From: Podarcis cretensis
Taxonomy: Eukaryota
Reading direction: 5' to 3'
Assembly: GCA_951804945.1 (NCBI GenBank)
Contig: OX638151.1
Coordinates: forward strand, 79,980,001 to 80,044,000
DNA: 64,000 bases
Below the pieces are notes generated by a model. The model did not search any database, had not been told where the DNA came from, and worked only from the letters and a program-made list of their open reading frames with translations. Positions 1-13,509 of the stretch are shown in pieces (position 1 is the first letter of the stretch; each line of letters begins with the position of its first letter). Both the position numbers and the translations under genes were made by a program.

Positions 1-2683
1 AGTTGTACAGGGCACATAATTAGGGTCTGCAAAGACTTCAGCAATACAGGCCTAGCTCAGAGTATTCATTCAATGTCTATTTTTAGTTGAGCATTATAGT
101 TTTTTTTCAGATTATTAAGGAAGTTGGTGAATGTTGCTGAACAGTCAGCCAGCTGTGTCTGAATCCATTCACCTTCTGAATCCATGGAGCAAACCTCCGG
201 TTCGGGCCATAGTCATAATTAATTTGCATTCAAAGCATTGGGATAGGACTTTGTCATGATGAAGTCTAATCCTACTTAGTCCTAACCATCTTGAGCTAGA
301 TTGCAATCTATACCTATTAAATTATAATATTAAACTTCCAATTTCCAGGTAAGAATAGAAAGGTTAGTTGGTCCCTTTTAAAATAATACTTTTAAAATAC
401 ATATTATTCGAAGGATGAAGACTGATTAAATGTTTTCAGACCACTGAGCTCTATTTCAAAGTGCCTTTGTCACACTTAAGGCAAACAAACATTTCATTTT
501 CAAAGTCAAAGTCTACCAGAAAAAGCCTGCATCTTTAGGGAATTTCTGCACACTACTCCTTGGCCGGTGATTGCAATTTCACACACACACAAACCCTCTC
601 CCCACTCCCAAGACCCTAGGACAATTTACCACTTTTAAAAGGTCTCTCTTATTTTTAAAAATTAAGGTAATAAATGAACCAATCTTGGTATAAAGTTACA
701 TTGAGTACTTAAAAAGAAAATCAAAACAGAGCAGCCAACATAAAACATAATGAAAAGGCAAGATTGATGGGTGTATGGTGTTCAATTCACAGGTGTGCAC
801 ACCTGTCATTTGCAAAACTGAGAGGAGCCCAAGCTCATTCCGGAGTTGAGGGACTAACTGTAAGTTCTTGTCTTCACTCTCTTTCCTGTTTGGAAGGAAA
901 GAGCCAATGGAAATAGCTATGGATCCTGATGAAACAGCAGCTAACAAAGTGTGTGTTTTCATTATACGCTTTGTCCATTAGGTATTAATATATTTGATAA
1001 AGAGAAAATAAAAATAAATAAAACCCTGCCTTCTTTATGTGAATGACAATATGGTAGCTTTTTTAAAAAAAAACCCTGCCAAAAACGTCTATATCACAGC
1101 TGCCCAGAGAGCATAACAAGGAGAATATTAGCAATGTCCAGATGCACATAAATCTACAGGGATACCTCTTGCCAACAGCAAAAAATGAAAGGGATGACAG
1201 TGTCAATCACATCCAATAGTCTATGTTAATGCTTTTCAAACAGGCCTTTCACAGCGGAAAATGGGGCTCATTAATAATGTATGGTCCAGTCGGAAGAAGG
1301 AGAGGAATGTGGTCGGAGAGAATGCATTGTTCCTTATCCAGAGACTCTTCCTAACAATGCCAAGCCCATTGCTGAAGGACATTTTTTTTCTTTCATTTTT
1401 TTTTGGTCTTTAGGACTTCACTGAAACAATTTCAAACCTATTATCCTAATTGGCCCTTTAGTTTGTAGGCGCATGTTGCAAATGTTGCACTTTTAAGAGC
1501 CATTCTTTATTTCCCCCTCCTCTCCACTTCTCTCCGTCCGTCCGCCCCCTCCCTCTCTGACAGGCATTTCCCCCCCCTACACTGTATGAGTAACTTACCA
1601 AGCTTTCAAAACTGCCGGGTGGGTGATAATGCAGAACAGGGCATCTTTCTCTCCCCCCCTCCCTCTCCATCACCTCCTCTCTGTTATTTGAGCAGCTGTC
1701 AAGAAGGTGGCTTGTGGGTTTGCAGGTATATATTTTGAGGCCAGCAGATTGGAAGCTCACACATGAGAACGAAGGGAAAGAAAAGGCTTAGGATGTCAAA
1801 ATATATTTCCCTCCTGGCATGGAGAATTATCTCCCAGCGATTTGGTCAAAAGCACCTAATTGCTTCAAACAAGTCCATTAGTGTTTCCTCCTGGACCATC
1901 TGGAGTCTAAAATTGCTTTGTTTAAGAAAAAAATCATCTTGCCTGCACCTGTACTTACTATGAAATATGTTCTCATTTGTATTTAGCCAGGTGCCGGTTT
2001 GGAGTGTGGATGTAGGGACTGGTAAGAAATAATTGTTTCTTCTTATATGCAAGTGAGAGGACATAAATATAAAGTGAAGACACTTTTTGTGTCTCATTGG
2101 CATGACATTTGACTCATTTGGAGATGAGGACTTGGTTTGGGGGTATGGACTTTTCTGCAGGAATCCTGACTATTGAGGTAAATGAAAAACAATGAGTAAG
2201 GTTTGGCACTGTGCGATGTGAGCTCTGTTCAAATTATTTAATCTATCATTTCAATCCACAGGACCCTGAATTGTCATTATGTGTCAACTAGGGAGAGGAC
2301 AGCAGATGCAAGATGCACAGGTTTTTTTATTCTATCAGAAACCAGACGTTTTGGCAAGCCTTGGCAGGAACAAACGGTTGGATAGATATTCCATCTCATG
2401 TGGTGGCATTGGAGAGATATATATCTGCCAGCTCAACTTCTGGTTGGGATGATGATGTTACAGGATGCTTTATTTTGCCATCCCCTGGGAATGTCATTTC
2501 CCCTCTCTCTCAAATCCTATGACTTTCAAGGTCCTTTCTCTAGTAGCGATTCACCACAGCTGGGAGCCAATTCAGATGTAGAATTACTGGCAATAATGTG
2601 GGATGGCCTTTCATAGGGAAGCAGTGATATTATACATTAGTTAATCAACTGCAGTAAATGAGATTCCATCTGTAGATACCATT

Positions 2684-2749
2684 TGTTGTTGTTGTTTAGT
2701 TGTTTAGTCGTGCCCAACTCTTTGTGACCCCATGGACCAGAGCACGCCA
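2684..2749 (-). mobile_element. BovB/RTE-clade LINE extreme 3' end (5'-truncated)
   Basis: Reverse complement reads TGGCGTGCTCTGGTCCATGGGGTCACAAAGAGTTGGGCACGACTAAACAACTAAACAACAACAACA, the BovB-type 3' terminus with a (CAA)n tail. Confidence 0.8.
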
Positions 2750-3214
2750 TGAATTAATTAATAAACATCAGTGATAACATTCAATTCTCATGAGTAGGTG
2801 TTGCATTCAGGCAAATGTACCCTTTCAAGCTATTGTTCAGTTTGCATGATACCACACATGTGATAATTGCTATTTACAGTGACATAAGCATAGAGTGAAA
2901 AGCCCTAGAAGACAGTTGTTTTATCGTTACTGTGAAGTTAATAAAGGGGTTCCTCATTTGAAAAACCATGGAGAAAACTCTTCTATCAACAAGCTAGGTA
3001 TTTTCTCTCCTACAAGTTCATCTTTGGAATGAAGGACTACTTTGAAATTCTGAAAAATCATTTCTCTAATCAGGCCAGGCACATTCAAAACCAGTGAACA
3101 GCATAGCAGTTTAAACTGAGAGACCATCCAGGGGCTTCTTTTCAGGAAACCCTTCATTCTCAGAAAATCATTCTCAGTGTGGCAAAATCACAGTGTATTC
3201 TGGCTCTTTCCTAG

Positions 3215-3440
3215 CAGTGGGGGAGCAACATGCTGCAGCCCCCGGAGTGGAAAACAGGTGGGGGCGTGGCTGACGGGTCGCCCACGAGGGTGTGGCATGC
3301 ATCCCAAGGTTGCGCAGCATGCAGCGTGCATCCCAGGAGGGTGTGGCATGCATCCTGGGAGGGAGTGGCCATGATGGCACCCTTTCCCCAAATGGTACCT
3401 GGTGCAGCATGCTCCCCCCATCCCCCTTCGTACCCCAGTG
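3215..3440. mobile_element. Degenerate GC-rich hAT-like MITE
   Basis: GC-rich island starting CAGTGG and ending CGTACCCCAGTG; internal 19-bp direct repeat GAGGGTGTGGCATGCATCC at 3286 and 3337. Confidence 0.45.
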
Positions 3441-3445
3441 CCTCT

Positions 3446-3824
3446 CAGAGGCATCAGCTTGGGCCCCAGATCGTGGGTACCTAGCGCTGCATGCTGCAAT
3501 GTGAGGTGATGACATCACAGTGCAGCACGACATGATGACCTGATGATGTTACACCATAATGCAATGTGATGACATCATGCCATGATGCACAATGATGATG
3601 TTCTCTGCTGCCACTTCTAGGCCTCCAGGTGGGGGTAGGGGACCATGGGTGCATGTCCGTGGCCACAGCGAGCCCCAATGGAAGCCCCAGCTCAGTCACT
3701 GCCATGGCTCCAGAGAGCCAGAGGTAGGGCAATGGGCAGCAGGCAATGGACGGAGGCCAGGCTCCCACAGTTACCATTTTGTACGTGCCTAGGCCCCCAG
3801 GGCCCCCTGCAGTTGACGCCAGTG
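3446..3824. mobile_element. hAT-like MITE
   Basis: Imperfect TIRs CAGAGGCATCAGCT / AGTTGACGCCAGTG; GC-rich interior with repeated TGATGACATCA-type motifs. Confidence 0.55.
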
Positions 3825-4923
3825 CCCCTTCATGTGTTCTGCAAGTTCTGACATAAAGCTTGAAGAATATTATTACTCTGGTTATTTTATACAGAATTTT
3901 AAACACCAGCTTTTCCTGGCCACATGCATACAATAAGCTCGGAGAGGTGTTAAAAAATTCAGCTGCAAAGTAAGCATAAGCAAGAAATCAGAAATAGACT
4001 TGTTTAGGTGCATTTTGCACAAACACTTCAGTGTGTTCTACCTGAAATAAAATCGGACTTTAGAAAGACAAGTGAGCATGCTTTGAATTAATACTTCTGG
4101 CATGGATTTTTAAGTCTTTAAAAACACACATTTAGGAAGTTCAAGCAGTGGCATAAAGAAAGTGTTTGTCCGGGTTCTGGTGAGGATAAACCCTCAGTGG
4201 AGTCTGAAGGAAACAAGTCAGATAGGAGTCTGAAGCAAATAGCTGAATTAGTGCTAAATAGGAAGCTGTCTTATACTAAGTTAGACCACTGGTCCAATTA
4301 TGTAAGGATTGTCCACACTGACTGCCAGTCAGTCAACAACAGTGATAACCTGCAGCAGGATTGTTTTAATTGTATTTTAATTTGAATCCCCATGAATATT
4401 CATACGCCTAGACAAGACTTAACTCCTTGGCGCACAGCTTTTAAAAGAAAACCCTCCTGTAGAATTATGTGGATTCCCTCCTCTGCTCCAACCTGCATTT
4501 TCCTGGCTTTGTTAGCTCAGGGAAAGAAATTTAACTTGATGCTACATTTCCTCCCAAAGGAGGCGGAGGTATTTGTTTTCCCTGGTACCTGGCTGCCTGA
4601 GACAGCAATACCTCAGGTTGCGAGACAGTCTGTGCTGATGGTCCCAACTAATCATAGTTATGTCCAGCAATAACCAGACTATAAAATTGTGTTTAATGTC
4701 CCCTGCTGTTGTTTCTAAGCAGCAGCTTCAATTTTGCCGTAGCACTGTGGACCGCTTTCTCTAAAAGGTAAAATGAGTTTAGCAGTTTGACTTCAGCTTT
4801 GGAAATACTTTTCTGACAAATTGCTGGAAGTATTCTGGAGAAACAAATGTATTGTGTCAGATGTCTTGATCAGTTGTGTTGACAGACTGAATCCTGTCAA
4901 ATCCATGATTACCACATTGCCCC

Positions 4924-5565
4924 CATAAGAACATAACAGGAGCTCTGCGCTGACAGACCAAAGGACCATCTACTCCACCATTATGTTCTCACAATGGCTA
5001 ATGAGGTGCCTTTGGGAAGCCCATAAGCAGGACAGGAGATCAATGGCCTTCTCCCACTTGTGATTCCCAGAAATTAGAATTCAGAGGCTTACCATACTGA
5101 CGGTAGCACTAATAGCCATTTATAAGATTTATCCTTTATGAATTTGTCTAATTCCTTTTTGAAGCCATCCAAGTTGGTGACCATCACCACAACTTGTGGA
5201 AACAGAGGCGGATTTAGGGGAGCGCGATCAGATTGAGAGACTCAAAGATGCCACAGGCAGCACCACAACTATGACATAGAATGGAAGGTGGGAGGTGGGG
5301 GCACCAAATTTTGGTGTCTCACAAGGTGCAACTGAAATTTGAGACCCCAAGGACCTCTACTGATGGCAGTGTATTCCATAGTTTAAAAAAACACAGTCTG
5401 TGTTGCCTCCTCCAACCTTCAGCTTCATTGGAATGAACCTGGTTTCTAATATTACGAAAGAGGGAGGAAAACCTTTCTCTGTCCACATTTTCTGTACCAT
5501 GAATAATTTTAAGCACCTCCATCATGTCTCCCCTACTTACCCTTTTTCTAAGCTGAAAAGGTCCA
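4924..5565 (-). mobile_element. CR1 LINE 3' portion (ORF2 C-terminus, 3'UTR), interrupted by a MITE
   Basis: Minus-strand peptide MMEVLKIIHGTENVDRERFSSL...LWNTLP resembles the CR1 ORF2 C-terminus; (TTCTTATG)-type tail seen as CATAAGAACATAA at 4924. Confidence 0.85.
5203..5362. mobile_element. hAT-like MITE nested in CR1
   Basis: Begins CAGAGGCGGATTTAGGGG and ends CTACTG; CR1 sequence resumes on both sides (CTTGTGG / TGGCAGTGTATTCC). Confidence 0.6.
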
Positions 5566-8500
5566 TGTCATCCAATCCTTCTGATGCTGAAGTCCATCTT
5601 CATAAGAGGCATAAGGAGAAATACACTGGCACTGAATCCACTTTAGGATAATGCTTGTCTATTGATTACATACTTTTGCATCCTCCTTAAATAAAATTAA
5701 AGCCTTTTCATCATGGTGAATTGTGACCACCGCACTCCAAGTGTGATTAGGTTTGAAATTACTATCAGTTGCTCCTCAAATTTGTCTGCAAGAATTCTGT
5801 CCACTTCTCATGTTACTTTTCAAAGGCCTTAATGCCCTTTTATGTGTCAACACAGATAAGCAGAAATTCACCGGGGAAATGAATGCACATTTCTTCCCAC
5901 TCCTGGCTGGCAACATTTCGACTTGGTAGGGCTGTAAAGTTTAACCTTGCTGTTTTCATCACAAGTACAACACTTATTAAAGAAAGTGTGCGATTACACA
6001 CATACAGAGTGCCATTGTCTCCTCATGAAAAAACACATCTATGGAAAGAATAAGATTTAAAGAAAAAGAAATTAAGCCATACCAATGGAAACTGCTCTGA
6101 ATATCCTCCAGAAAGATGTATTGATTCCGAAAGGATACCAGAAGCTGGTATACCACCGATGGCTATATCCTCTGGTTGGATTGACCTCATGATAACAGGA
6201 GGGAGTAGGAATCTGCACAACTGAGGCTGAGTAGCTAGCAGTCCAACAATATAAAATTTTCACTTCTGTTTGTTGTTGTTGTTGTTGGCCTGGAGATGCA
6301 TGGAGGGGACCTCTTTGCCATAGCAATACTATTGGATTGGGATTGGTTGAGTAGTACAGAGAGCTGACTGGACAGAGAACAGAAAATTGACCCAACTGTC
6401 TCCCTGAGCCTCTCTAACTTCAAATTGAGATTGAACTTGAGAGTCGTTCTTTCCTAATTGTCCTTATTCTTTGAACCAAATCCCTAAACTGTTTTCTTTA
6501 AATGGTGTGTGCACCTGTGTGTCTGTGCATGTATGTGAGAGAGAGAGGATTCAAGAACACTATGGAGTGGTTTGTAAGAATGTGTTTTCAGGTGAGGGAA
6601 AATAGGGGCCTGTAATATCAAAGCCTATACCTTTACAATTTTTGTAGGATAATTAATGCATGTTTTGTGTGTGCAAGCATATGGATGTGCTCACATCTGT
6701 GAATAATATATAGGTAGATGCAAAGTTTGTGAGCATTTACAGGAACTCTCCCCCCCACACACTTATGCACCTCCCACTTGTGTGCAACCATGTTTACACG
6801 GGTCGCTGCAACAATCTAAATAAAATAACCACCAAAAATATATACAAAATAGCAAAGTCACAAAGTAGCTGATAGTGGTCTTCCTACATGATGAATCAAC
6901 CAAAATCTGATGGTGGTTGACTACCGATTTAGTGTCTTTCATTTCAGTCATTATCCTCCCTTTGCTATGGCAGGGAAAACAAGCAAAGAACTATGCTTAG
7001 TTCATCAATCCACTAGTGGTCTCCCCTCCCCTTATGCTACTACAGGACCTTGACAATCCAGTTTTACAACACAGGAGCCCCAAAATGTCACTATCAAGTC
7101 TCAGGTGCTGTATTTAATGGAAATAAACTGAATAATTTAATGACCAGCTAATGTAGTGACTTAGACTGGGTCTATTATTGTTCACATTTACAATGCTCTT
7201 CCAGGATGTGGAAATGAAAAGTGATATCTTGTAAGCTACAGAGCTTTAGGGACCTAAACAAATGTATATTCCCGGAACCTTTCTCCACAGAGTATGATTT
7301 ACAAGCAAGTGGATAAAGATGGCCAACAGCTGCTGCTAAATTACAGACTTAATGAGACTTCATGAGTGTTTTGATATGTGATTACATATCATTCCCACAA
7401 ATTAGGCATGTGTTTGACCAAGACATCACTTATGCAAGCCCAGGAATGAAGGATAAAGAATTCCAGGGTTTAAGGTTGGTCCTGATCAACAAATATTAGG
7501 AATACAGTGACAGATTTTAATTTCAGTATCCATACAAAATGCATGCCATTCATCAAGTATTAGCAGAAGTTTGAACTAGCTACATGCTGAATCATCAACA
7601 CACTTATTTCTGACTCTTTGGTCTCAAAAAACTGCAGTTGAAATTTGCCAGGACATTTTCCTAAGAAATTTGCCAGGGCCTTTTTCTCTTCCTATCTTTC
7701 TCTCATACCCTTGAACATGAAGAATTTCCTCCTAATATTCCCCTTCTGCTTCTTTTTCTTTTTTGTAGTAGTCACCATTTCCTTCACACGATGCCTCAGA
7801 ATGATGCTAGGATGATGGAGGATACAAAATGGTGGCTAGGCCTGCCCACACAGTTGTTGATGCTGCAGGGCAGCAGCAGCCACGATGGCAAAAAACAACA
7901 ACAACTGAGCAGGCTGTAGCACTGAAGTCCTTCTGAACGTGGTCCAAAGTGCACTGTTTCAAAAATACCATAATAGGGCACCAAGTGATCCATGAGATTG
8001 ACTGTGGGGTGGGCTTGGGGAGTTTGTAATTGTGCACAGTTGTAGCATAATGTGGTGCAACCATGCTGCTTTAGTATAGTGGAATGGGTGGATGTTTCTC
8101 CAAGGGCTCACATTAAGTATTAACATCTCTGTCTTTCATCCCTACACTGAACAGAGCAGCTGCAATATAATAGAGACAAGGCAAAGAACAGCTGATCAAA
8201 TGTAGGGTCTGTGTTAAAATGAGATTTCCTCCCCCCACTGTTCAACTATTTATGCTGTTACGGAAGCATTTATAGCCCAAACTAGCCCAAAATTGGTACA
8301 TAATAAGTGTAATGAAATGCAACAGTCCCTTCTACTCTGATCTTGTCGACAAAGCCAATCGGTTTTATATCCACCAGCTGAGTTGAATGCAAAGGCATTT
8401 ACAGCCATAATTTCTTCCTACATACTGTACAATGGAACGTCATTTAGAAACCCAATAGCCAGGAAAACACACCAGAGGAACTTAATAGGGAAAGCCGTTT

Positions 8501-10919
8501 GCACTATAACTATTGCACTATACCTTACAGAAAGATAATTAAGCTGAAACCACCAGCTTCTTAACACAATATAAAGAACATTGAGTGGGCTATGAGCCAC
8601 AGTGGGTTGGTTTTTTTTTTTTTTTAAGAAAAAAAAAAAACCCTCACTGCTGCAGTTTCCTTCAGTATAAGCATTAAGTGAAGATGACTTGCTGAAAGCG
8701 TTACCTCAAAAGAATGTTTGAAAATGTTTGTTTCCGTTGTTTCAAGATGGGTTTTTTTTAAGCAGCTGACTAAGGAGTGTGTTAGGTAAGAACAGCCACT
8801 TAAAATGGTGACTCACACCTCCACTTTAAGAAACAAATATATACTTTGTATTTTGCGTGTGTGTGCATGCACACACACATGCACACACACACACACAGAG
8901 TCTTGAATAATGGTGTTGAAAGCCAGTCATGCAGTATTGAAGATAATGATGTGCATGTATGCTGCCCTCATAATGCCAGGGGGAAAATGGCAGCAGGAAA
9001 CAGTGTGGCAGTGTTATCCTTATGGGTCTGCCAATGAGTGGGTGGGCAGTGGCTATGGCTTGCTTCCCTTCAGCTAGGAGCTCAAAGGGGAACTCAAATA
9101 GGCTTGGAGGGACCCAATTCCATCACCCCACCCCATCCACATAAAGGACCATGTCCTCTTGCTCACCATCTTTACAAAAGTTCCAGCAGGCAACAGGATT
9201 TGACATGGATCAAGCGCAGCTCTGTGACTCAGGTTCAGGGAAGAGGTGGGTAGGAGAGACATGGAACTGGTGAAGGAAGGCAGGGAAGGAAATGTTTCAA
9301 GGGTAATATCTGAGGGAATGAAGGTGAGTGGAATGAGATTATAGATGAGAGGCAGGAAAAGGGAAACAAACAGGAGCAGATAGAGAAAAGGCAATGGGAG
9401 AAAAGCAAGGGTCTTTGCTTCCCCAATTTGCTCCTTATTCCCATACCATCTGAGCTCAGTTTCACCAGTTCCTAAAAGTACTCTTTAAAAAAAGGAAATT
9501 AGCTGTGTATGTTGGATTTTGGGGTGGTGGTGGTATTTTCCCTCCTATAGCATGCAACACATCACAGTATAGGGAGTTTTCTTGTTTGTTGGACCCCATT
9601 TGCATTATATCCAGGCATGCACACAGCCAAAGAAATCATTACACATTACTGGAAATGAGAAAAAGACATTTCCCTGTATTGATTATGTAATTCATCTTAT
9701 AAGGTGGGGGAAAGGGAAGTTGCAGGGCATCATATGTGATTTAAGTAGCTCGAAAGGTTAGACAAATCATGAGCAGGAATTCATTAACTTCTTTGAACAA
9801 TGAGTGTTCCAAGCAAGAAAATCAAAGGAGATATTAGACACAAAGAAACTATTTGCCTTGGCAGAGCAAGTAAAGCGACAAAGATAATTCTCAAAGCCAA
9901 TGGTAATGATGCTTTCTTCGGAAATGAACTGGATGCTATCTTCAACAGAAGGCACACAGTGCTGATTTCTTCTTTAGTTAAAAGAGGAGGGGGAGGAGAA
10001 CAAATGTTAGCAAAAAACCCCCAACAACAACTACCCAAATACATATTTAGCATCATTCCAGGCTCTGGGGATATGTATTAAAGTTGTGTTTAGGTTTAGG
10101 TTTAGGCAGTACACAAAAGGAGTTTTGGGGGACTTAGTGAAAGACGAACAGCCAGTGTTACAGTTGAAACTAATTAAGATAAAGATGGTCTGAAAATAGT
10201 CTTATAAATATTCTTTTGGCCTTTGGTATGCCAGTGGCTGGGACAAAATATGTCACTTTCTGGCATTGCTTTAATTGAAATATTTGGCCATTACCCACAA
10301 AGAAATGAAAGAGCCTCAGAAATGCAAGGTTCTCAATTCCAAAACATGCCCAGCATACCTATTTTATTTTATTTCATTTCATTTTATTATTTTATTTTAT
10401 TTGAGTGAGTGTTAAGTAGATTTACTCCTTAGCTGTGGCACTTCATTGGATGATTATGACATCAAAGTGTGACAGACAGTGATTATGTTCTGCAGGGGGA
10501 GAAGGAGGATAAAAACAGACAATTAATTCCCATTGCTTAAAGGGACATTATCTTGGGATTTTGTTTTTTTAAAAAACAATAATATTATGAATCCTTAAAA
10601 AAAAATGACGAAGAAGTAATTTATCTGTCCTGCCTTGTTTCATGATTTTTAGAATTAAGCTTCTTTCTTCTGGAAATGACTTTTAATTTGTCTTTTGACT
10701 TCAGGTTTTTTTTATGTAATGAATTTTGTTTTTCTCTTTCAGAACTTTGCTTAAATCAGCCCCTTGAATATTTCTCATTCAGGGATTTCAGCACTTTGTG
10801 CTTTTCTGCATATCTATCACTTGGTTTCCCTTTTCTTCATCGGTGTACAATTCTGTCCTTCTTCATATGATCTTTCTAGAATAAATCTATAGCCATTTTA
10901 TTAAAAGAAATCACATACT

Positions 10920-11860
10920 ATTTTATTAATTTAAAACATTTCTTTTCTGCTCTTCATTGCAAAATGCATTTCCTGAGAAATGAACATCAAATCTAGATAT
11001 ATAAAACAAGTAGCAAAAACAAGGCAGGTAATCACTACCAGTCAACTAAATGAACATTGACAATGGCACACTAAATTCTGCCCAAAGCCTATGCAAATAA
11101 CTTTGTCTTCAGCTGGATTCAAAGGGTTAAAAGTGTAGGTGCCAGCCAATCTTTCAAAGGATAAGCAGTTCCAGAGTTAGGGTGCCACCACTGTGAAGGC
11201 TATCCTTCACATTAATGTATTGTCAGTCTTGGCAGAGCTATAAAAAATGGACAATCTTTTGTTTTGTTTTGTTTTGTTTGTTTTGTTTGTTTTGTTTGTT
11301 TTGTTTGTTTTGTTTTGTTTTTAAGGCATACTCTCTGGTATCCAAGCTCAAAACCTTTTAGACCTTTCTACGTCAACACAAATACCATGAAGCAGGCTCA
11401 GTAACATATACACAGCCACTGCAGTTCTTTCAAAATTGGTGTAATATGTTCATGGAAGACACCCCTCAGAGAAACCTAGCTAGCTGCCACATTCTGCACT
11501 AGTTGTAGCTTCCAAGCTGACTTCAAGGGCAACCCCATGCAGAATGGATCTCAATAGTCCAGTCTTGAGGTTACCAATGAACAAATCACTGCATCAACAT
11601 TCTCCCTGTCCAGGAACAGTTGTACCTGGCAAACCAGCTGGACTGTTTATGCCATGGATGCCTCTTGAAACTCCAGTGACAATGCTGGCTCTATGAGCAG
11701 CCACATACTGAAGATGTTCCTTCAGAGGAAGTGCAAGCCCATTCACAACAGTTAACCTCTCCATTCCTGGATCTGGGAAACCTATTCTTTATCTGGATTC
11801 AGCTTCAACCTTTTGGCTCTCATCCAGCCCACTACTGAATCTAAGCATTAGTCCAAGAAG
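10920..11860 (-). mobile_element. L2 LINE 3' portion, decayed
   Basis: Minus translation from about 11577 gives LVTSRLDY*DPFCMGLPLKSAWKLQLVQNVAA, an L2 ORF2 signature. Confidence 0.85.
11256..11322. repeat. (GTTTT/GTTT)n microsatellite
   Basis: Directly visible. Confidence 0.9.
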
Positions 11861-12399
11861 AACATTTTATAAAGCGATAGATATAGTTAGTGACAATGGT
11901 TTCAGGTCAGAGTAATTCATCCACAACAGGAAGATTCCTTATGTTAGTAAAAGCGTACTGCAATCTAGCAGCAGAACCACCCACTCACAGAACAGGGAGG
12001 GGAATTGATTTCTTATTTTTCTTTCTGCCTTCAATCTTCCCTCTGCCATGTCTCACACTGTTCCAGAGAATTCTTCCAACCCGCCAGACAACATTTTCTG
12101 GGCTGCAGGAAAAATCAAGACACTTCGCTGAGTAGAACTCCACTCACAGAATCTCTGTATTCAATGCATAATGTACATCTAAGTAACAAATGGAATTCTG
12201 AGTGAGGTTGTTATGGCTCACAAAAATATTAAGACCAATTCTGTTTATCCAGTATCTCACCAAGCTACCATCACTTTTTAAGAAATAACAAATGCAATCT
12301 TACAATTAAACAATGCCAGATGTTAAATTGAAAACATTTATTTGGTTTTTAATCAGATAATACAGTCACTTTGTCCCATAATAGGTACAACTTTAACTT

Positions 12400-13126
12400 T
12401 AACAGCTCTACGTCTTAGACCCTTTACCGCCGAAGCTCCGTCTGAGTCTCCGCCCCCTAGACACCAGTTTAAGACTCTAGCCTTACTCCACCTCTTCCGT
12501 TGTTCTTTCCTCCTCTGGGTCCGTCTGCCCGCCGGGGTGTTGCCCTTTCTGGACTCTTCTGATGCTGAAGAGTCTCCGGATTCTTTCCCCTGCCTCCGGC
12601 GTGCTTTAGGACCTGGCTCCCAATCCGAGCCCCCTGCTGTCCCGCGCGCCTGTACATTTGCACTTGGCACGCGCGCCCACCCGGCCACCTTTCTCCTGAC
12701 CGTTACACTGCTCCTGTCACTGCTTCCCCCTTCGGGGGGGGGCTAGCTGGATCTGACTTCCCCTCCGTTCCCTCACTCAGCGATAGGGGCGTGGTCAGCC
12801 CTGACTCATCTTCCCTCCCCACTGGAGGGGAAGCCTGCCCTGACACCTGGGACTCTTCCCCCCCGCTACGCTCTGGTGGGGAAACTGGTCCCGATCTCCA
12901 GCTGCTGCTTTGGGAGTCGCTGCTGGCCCCTAGCTTCTGGTGCGTCCCTCCCGGGACCCCCCTTGCCCTGGCCATCGGTGCCCCCTTCTGGGAATCTTCC
13001 GAATCGCTGGAGAAGCTCATGGAATCTCTCGTCTCACTGTCATACTTTCCTACGCTGCCCTCAGATTGTTCCCCTTCGCTCTCCTCTTCCTCTCTCCCCT
13101 GTGCCTCTGCTCCTGAGCCCCTGACA
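12400..13126 (-). mobile_element. LTR-like element (probable Gypsy-type solo/partial LTR), relatively young
   Basis: Sharp GC- and CpG-rich block that starts TGTCA on the minus strand at 13126; other end unclear and no TSD found. Confidence 0.55.
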
Positions 13127-13509
13127 CATATAAACATTTCTCTTTATTTATCTTTGGGCCAAATTTAAAAGAGAGAAATAGGAAAACAATAAGTCTCCAA
13201 TATTAAATTCTCTCTAATGGTAGAAAGAGGTGGGAAGATTTCTTTAAAAGAAAACCCAGAACTTTGCACAATTGTATCATAAGTAACTATTGTATGCAAC
13301 ATGCAGGTTTTCATCCATTATAGCCAAATGAATGGATGAAAAATGTGCTAATTGTTTTCGGCAGTGTTTTTACAGATGTCTTTAACTAGAGCAATCTTTA
13401 TATAGAAGAAAAAGATCCATCAACAGTAGCACCTGATATAGCTACCACAAGGGATTATTTTTATCATTTTTGTGTTGACGTTTTCATGTTTTTCAGAAAG
13501 ACACAATCT

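Noticed and set aside
2161-2177. Possible 17-nt micro-exon (CAG|...|GTAAAT)
   Set aside because: Short pyrimidine tract, not frame-preserving, expected by chance
3174-3933. Multiple overlapping ORFs
   Set aside because: Stop-poor GC-rich MITE sequence
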